Below, in pieces: positions 60,684 through 64,000 of a DNA stretch of 64,000 nucleotides. Every line of letters starts with the position of its first letter. Within the stretch, counting starts at the first letter, position 1. Below the pieces are notes generated by a model. The model did not search any database and had not been told where the DNA came from. It saw nothing but the letters and a program-made list of their open reading frames with translations. Position numbers and translations under genes: made by a program. Where the stretch lies: the NCBI GenBank assembly GCA_046597055.1, contig JBKJLC010000037.1, forward strand, positions 1 through 64,000, read 5' to 3'. This DNA comes from Kofleriaceae bacterium (lineage in GTDB: Bacteria; Myxococcota_A; Polyangia; Haliangiales; Haliangiaceae).

Positions 60684-62879
60684 ATGCGCGCATGCCTGCT
60701 ACCGATCTTGTTACTGACAATCACGGCATGCGAAGGCCCGGCCGGCCCACCCGGGCCGACCGGCCCCGGCGGTCCGATCGGCGACGATGGCGCCGTGGGG
60801 CCGGGCGGAGGTTCAGGTGATCCCGGGCCGAGCGGAACCTCGCCCTGGTTCACGGCCCCCGGCATCGATATCGAGGTCACCGAGCTCGCGGTGACGGCCA
60901 CGGCGGCCACCGTGAGCTTCACGCTCGACGACCAGGCCGGCGCCGGCGGGGTCGCGCTCGATCGTGAGGGTCGGCTGACCCAGAGCCCGGTGACGGTGAG
61001 CTTTGTGCTGAGCCAGCTCGCGGTCGACGGCGCCGGTCAGCCTGGCGGCTACACCGCGTACACGACCCGGCTGGTCGCGGGCGCGACCCAGGGCACGACC
61101 GAGGCGGTGGCGGCCAACTTCGAGACCGTGGCGGTCGCGCAGGGTAGCTACCGATACACGTTCGCGGCACCGCTGACCGGCTTCGACCCCACCCGCACCC
61201 AGACCGTCATTGCGATCGCCAGTCGCGCGGTGAATGGGGTGACTGGCTTCGACCGCGCGGTGCGATCGGTGCGGCCCGACGCCGGGACCATGGTCACCCG
61301 CGCCGTCGCCGATGATGCGAAGTGCGACGCGTGCCACGGCGGCTTCGCGGCCCACGGGGGGCGCTACGACGCGGTCGATCAGTGCGTGCTCTGCCACAAC
61401 CCGAGCACGAGCGACCCCGACACCGGCCAGACCGTCGACTTCCGCGTCATGATCCACAAAATCCACCGCGGCGCCGACCTGCCGAGCGTGATCGCCGGTG
61501 GCAGCTACCGGATCATCGGGTTCGGCGGCCGTACGTACGATTTCTCGACGGTGCAGTTCCCGCAGTCGATCGAGCGCTGCGACGCCTGCCACGGTGGTGC
61601 GCAGGGCGACTACTGGAAGACCAAGCCCGACATCGCGTCGTGCGCGTCATGTCACGACGACGTGAGCTTCGTCGATCCGGCCCCGGCCGGGATGGTCCGG
61701 CACGGCTACGGCGTGACCCCCGCGTCGCCTTGCAACGTCTGCCACGGCGCGACCACCGGCGTGGCGCCGCTGGTCGGCAGCCACAGCGACCCATCGTTCG
61801 ACACCAGCCGCGCGCTGGCCGTCACGATCGATCCGATGGCCACGTTCGCGCCCGGCAGCGCCCCGAGCTTCACCTTCCGGGTCACGCTCGATGGTCAGCC
61901 CCGCAACATCCTCGACCCGACCACGCCGCTGGCGCGCCTGTCCGCGATCATGGCCGGCCCCAACGGTGACTTCGCGAAGTACTGGACGGTCGGCACCAGC
62001 ACCAACCCGTACGTCCTGGGCCCGATCTTGCCCCGGCCGGCCACCGCCGACGGCAGCACGTTGACCGCGGTCGACGGCCCTGGCGGCGTGTTCTTGTACA
62101 CGTTTCCGCCCACGATCACGGTGCCGGCCGGCGCCACCGGCAGCTACACCATCGCGCTCGAGGGTGCGCTCAACGCCACCAACCCGCGCTTCGCGTTCAC
62201 CGCGCCCATGCGCGCGTTCGCGGTGACCGACGCGGTGGCGCAGCCGCGGCGCCAGATCATCGCCGCGGCGAAGTGCAACGGCTGCCACTTCGATCTGACC
62301 TTCCACGGTGGCAACCGCCGCGGCGGCGCCTACTGCGTGATGTGTCACAACCCCGAGAACGCCAACAACGATCGGGTGTCGCGCATCGAGGGCACCACCA
62401 TCCTCGCCGAGAGCGTCGACTTCCGCGTGATGATGCACAAGATCCACGCGGGCGAGGACCTGTCGCAGCCGTACCTGCTCGGCACCAGCCCCACCATCAA
62501 TCCCACCACCGGCGTCAGCGCCATGCGCGACTTCGGCGAGACCCGGTATCCGCGGTCGATCGCGACCTGCGAGGCGTGCCACCTGCCGGGCACGTTCACG
62601 CTGCCCGCGTCGGCCGGTCGCACGCCCAGCATCCTGCAGGAGCTCACCTGCACCGAGTCGGCCGACACCGACCCCAACACCTACTGCAACAGCCCGTTCT
62701 GGAACGTGACCCAGACCTTCCGGCTCGCGCCCGAGACGGCGACCTGCACCAGCTGTCACGACCAGCCGTACGTGGCAGTCCACGCGCAGCTCAACACCCT
62801 GCTCGGTGGTGCCGAGGCGTGTGCGACCTGCCACGGTCCCGGCTCGGCGCTCGACGTCGCGGTCGTTCACGCCCGCTGA
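60684..62879 (+). CDS. OmcA/MtrC family decaheme c-type cytochrome lipoprotein
   Basis: Lipobox ITA-C, Gly-Pro repeat linker, ten CxxCH in 5+5 arrangement, two VDFRVM.HKIH.G motifs. Confidence 0.92.
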   Translation: MRACLLPILLLTITACEGPAGPPGPTGPGGPIGDDGAVGPGGGSGDPGPSGTSPWFTAPGIDIEVTELAVTATAATVSFTLDDQAGAGGVALDREGRLTQSPVTVSFVLSQLAVDGAGQPGGYTAYTTRLVAGATQGTTEAVAANFETVAVAQGSYRYTFAAPLTGFDPTRTQTVIAIASRAVNGVTGFDRAVRSVRPDAGTMVTRAVADDAKCDACHGGFAAHGGRYDAVDQCVLCHNPSTSDPDTGQTVDFRVMIHKIHRGADLPSVIAGGSYRIIGFGGRTYDFSTVQFPQSIERCDACHGGAQGDYWKTKPDIASCASCHDDVSFVDPAPAGMVRHGYGVTPASPCNVCHGATTGVAPLVGSHSDPSFDTSRALAVTIDPMATFAPGSAPSFTFRVTLDGQPRNILDPTTPLARLSAIMAGPNGDFAKYWTVGTSTNPYVLGPILPRPATADGSTLTAVDGPGGVFLYTFPPTITVPAGATGSYTIALEGALNATNPRFAFTAPMRAFAVTDAVAQPRRQIIAAAKCNGCHFDLTFHGGNRRGGAYCVMCHNPENANNDRVSRIEGTTILAESVDFRVMMHKIHAGEDLSQPYLLGTSPTINPTTGVSAMRDFGETRYPRSIATCEACHLPGTFTLPASAGRTPSILQELTCTESADTDPNTYCNSPFWNVTQTFRLAPETATCTSCHDQPYVAVHAQLNTLLGGAEACATCHGPGSALDVAVVHAR

Positions 62880-64000
62880 TGTGGCACGCGGCGGCCATAG
62901 CGGCGGTGGTCGGCGCCGCGGCCGGCTGCGCCGACGAGCGCCGGCTCGCGGACGCCTGTCCCACCTGGCAGGCGGCGGTGGCCCCCGCGCTCGCCGGCTG
63001 CGCGAGCTGCCATGGCGGCGCCGCGCCCGCCGCGGGCTACGATCTCGGCGGCTACCTGGGCGCGCTCGGGCCTGGCACCGACGGAATCGCGAACGCGATC
63101 GCGGGCGACCCGGCCTCGGCGCTGATCGTGCGCGTGGATCCGGCGGTGGCTGGCGACGCCGCCCATGGCGGGCAGGGCACCCTCCACGGCCTGCTCCGCC
63201 GGTGGGTGGTCGAGTGCGAGCTCGGCTACCTCGACTCGACGATCCATCCTGCGGGCGTGCTCGATCCGGCCAGCCCGGACTTCCACGGCGCCGAGTTGCA
63301 GGCACGCGGCTGGGATCTCGGCCTGTGTGCCCAGTGCCACGGCGACGACTTCGCCGGTGGCGCGGCCGGCGCGTCCTGCACCAGCTGCCACACCGGTGGC
63401 CCCGACGCGTGCGACACCTGCCACGAGGCGGTGCCCACCACCGGCGCGCACGCCGCGCACGTCGGCACCGGCGCGGCCGACGTCGCGTGCGCCGGCTGTC
63501 ACCGGGTCCCGGCCCGGTGGGACGACGAAGGCCACATCCGTCGCGACGACGCCGGCGATCCGGCACCCGCCGAGGTCGAGCTGACCGGGCTGGCCACGGT
63601 CACCGTCAAGCCCGCCGACCGCGCCGGGCCGCCGGTCTTCGCGGGCGGCACCTGCCACAACGTCTATTGCCACGGAGCGGTGCTGGGCGCGGCCGGTGGC
63701 ACCACGCCCGAGCCGGCGTGGGCCCGCGATGCGCCGGGGCCGGCGTCGTGCGACAGCTGCCACGGCGCGCCGCCGCCGCGCCACGCCTCGCGTGACGCGT
63801 GCGCGGCCTGTCACCCGCCCGGCTTGCACCTCGACGGCATCACCCAGGTCGGTTCGGGTCCCGGCGACTGCAGCGGCTGTCACGGCAGCGCGGGATCGCC
63901 GGCGCCCCCTCGCGATCTGTCCGGCAACCTGTACACCACCGCGCTCGGGGTCGGTGCCCACCAGGCCCACCTGCAGGCGCCGAGCGGCCTGTCGGGGCCG
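62879..64000 (+). CDS. Multiheme c-type cytochrome lipoprotein with a CxxxxCH motif, truncated by the window end
   Basis: Absent from the ORF track (no stop); ATG overlaps the decaheme stop; AAAG-C lipobox; CASCH, CAQCH, CTSCH, CDTCH, CAGCH, CHNVYCH, CDSCH, CAACH, CSGCH. Confidence 0.88.
   Translation, partial: MWHAAAIAAVVGAAAGCADERRLADACPTWQAAVAPALAGCASCHGGAAPAAGYDLGGYLGALGPGTDGIANAIAGDPASALIVRVDPAVAGDAAHGGQGTLHGLLRRWVVECELGYLDSTIHPAGVLDPASPDFHGAELQARGWDLGLCAQCHGDDFAGGAAGASCTSCHTGGPDACDTCHEAVPTTGAHAAHVGTGAADVACAGCHRVPARWDDEGHIRRDDAGDPAPAEVELTGLATVTVKPADRAGPPVFAGGTCHNVYCHGAVLGAAGGTTPEPAWARDAPGPASCDSCHGAPPPRHASRDACAACHPPGLHLDGITQVGSGPGDCSGCHGSAGSPAPPRDLSGNLYTTALGVGAHQAHLQAPSGLSGP

Noticed and set aside
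1..64000. CRISPR arrays, tRNA or rRNA genes, prophage, defence systems
   Set aside because: No regularly spaced repeat-spacer array, RNA gene signature or phage/defence protein motif seen by eye

Overview
High-GC bacterial DNA whose gene content fits a myxobacterium (Myxococcota); the taxon is inferred, not shown. The left end (1-10 kb) is a mosaic: an orphan toxin-immunity-like gene, an ISKra4 element beside an IS66 stub, a beta-barrel / Met-His-rich lipoprotein / USP cluster, a truncated COG4337-type carbonic anhydrase and two TerC genes. The 10-30 kb block is a stress/dormancy island, partly eroded by internal deletions: NhaR-like LysR, HPF/RaiA, aeRF1/Balon-like factor, Bax inhibitor-1, USPs, CBS proteins, beta-CASP nuclease, M50-CBS protease, D-lactate dehydrogenase and a P-type ATPase. 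The 30-39 kb block holds accessory genes (MFS, DUF3494 ice-binding lipoprotein, trypsin-PAN protease) and gene debris. The 39.5-64 kb block is an intact low-oxygen respiration supercluster: ccoNO-Q-P-G-H-I-S, clade II nos, hemN, an MtrC/OmcA decaheme and a further multiheme cytochrome cut by the window end. The main finding is a shared cis-regulatory pattern: intergenic GCGCA-N5-TGCGC palindromes paired with sigma54-type -24/-12 promoters upstream of several of these units, often with near-leaderless starts. This suggests one oxygen-responsive enhancer-binding-protein regulon linking microaerobic respiration, N2O reduction, extracellular electron transfer, putative copper supply and part of the DosR-like dormancy island. 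All family calls are by motif recognition; no database searches were run.
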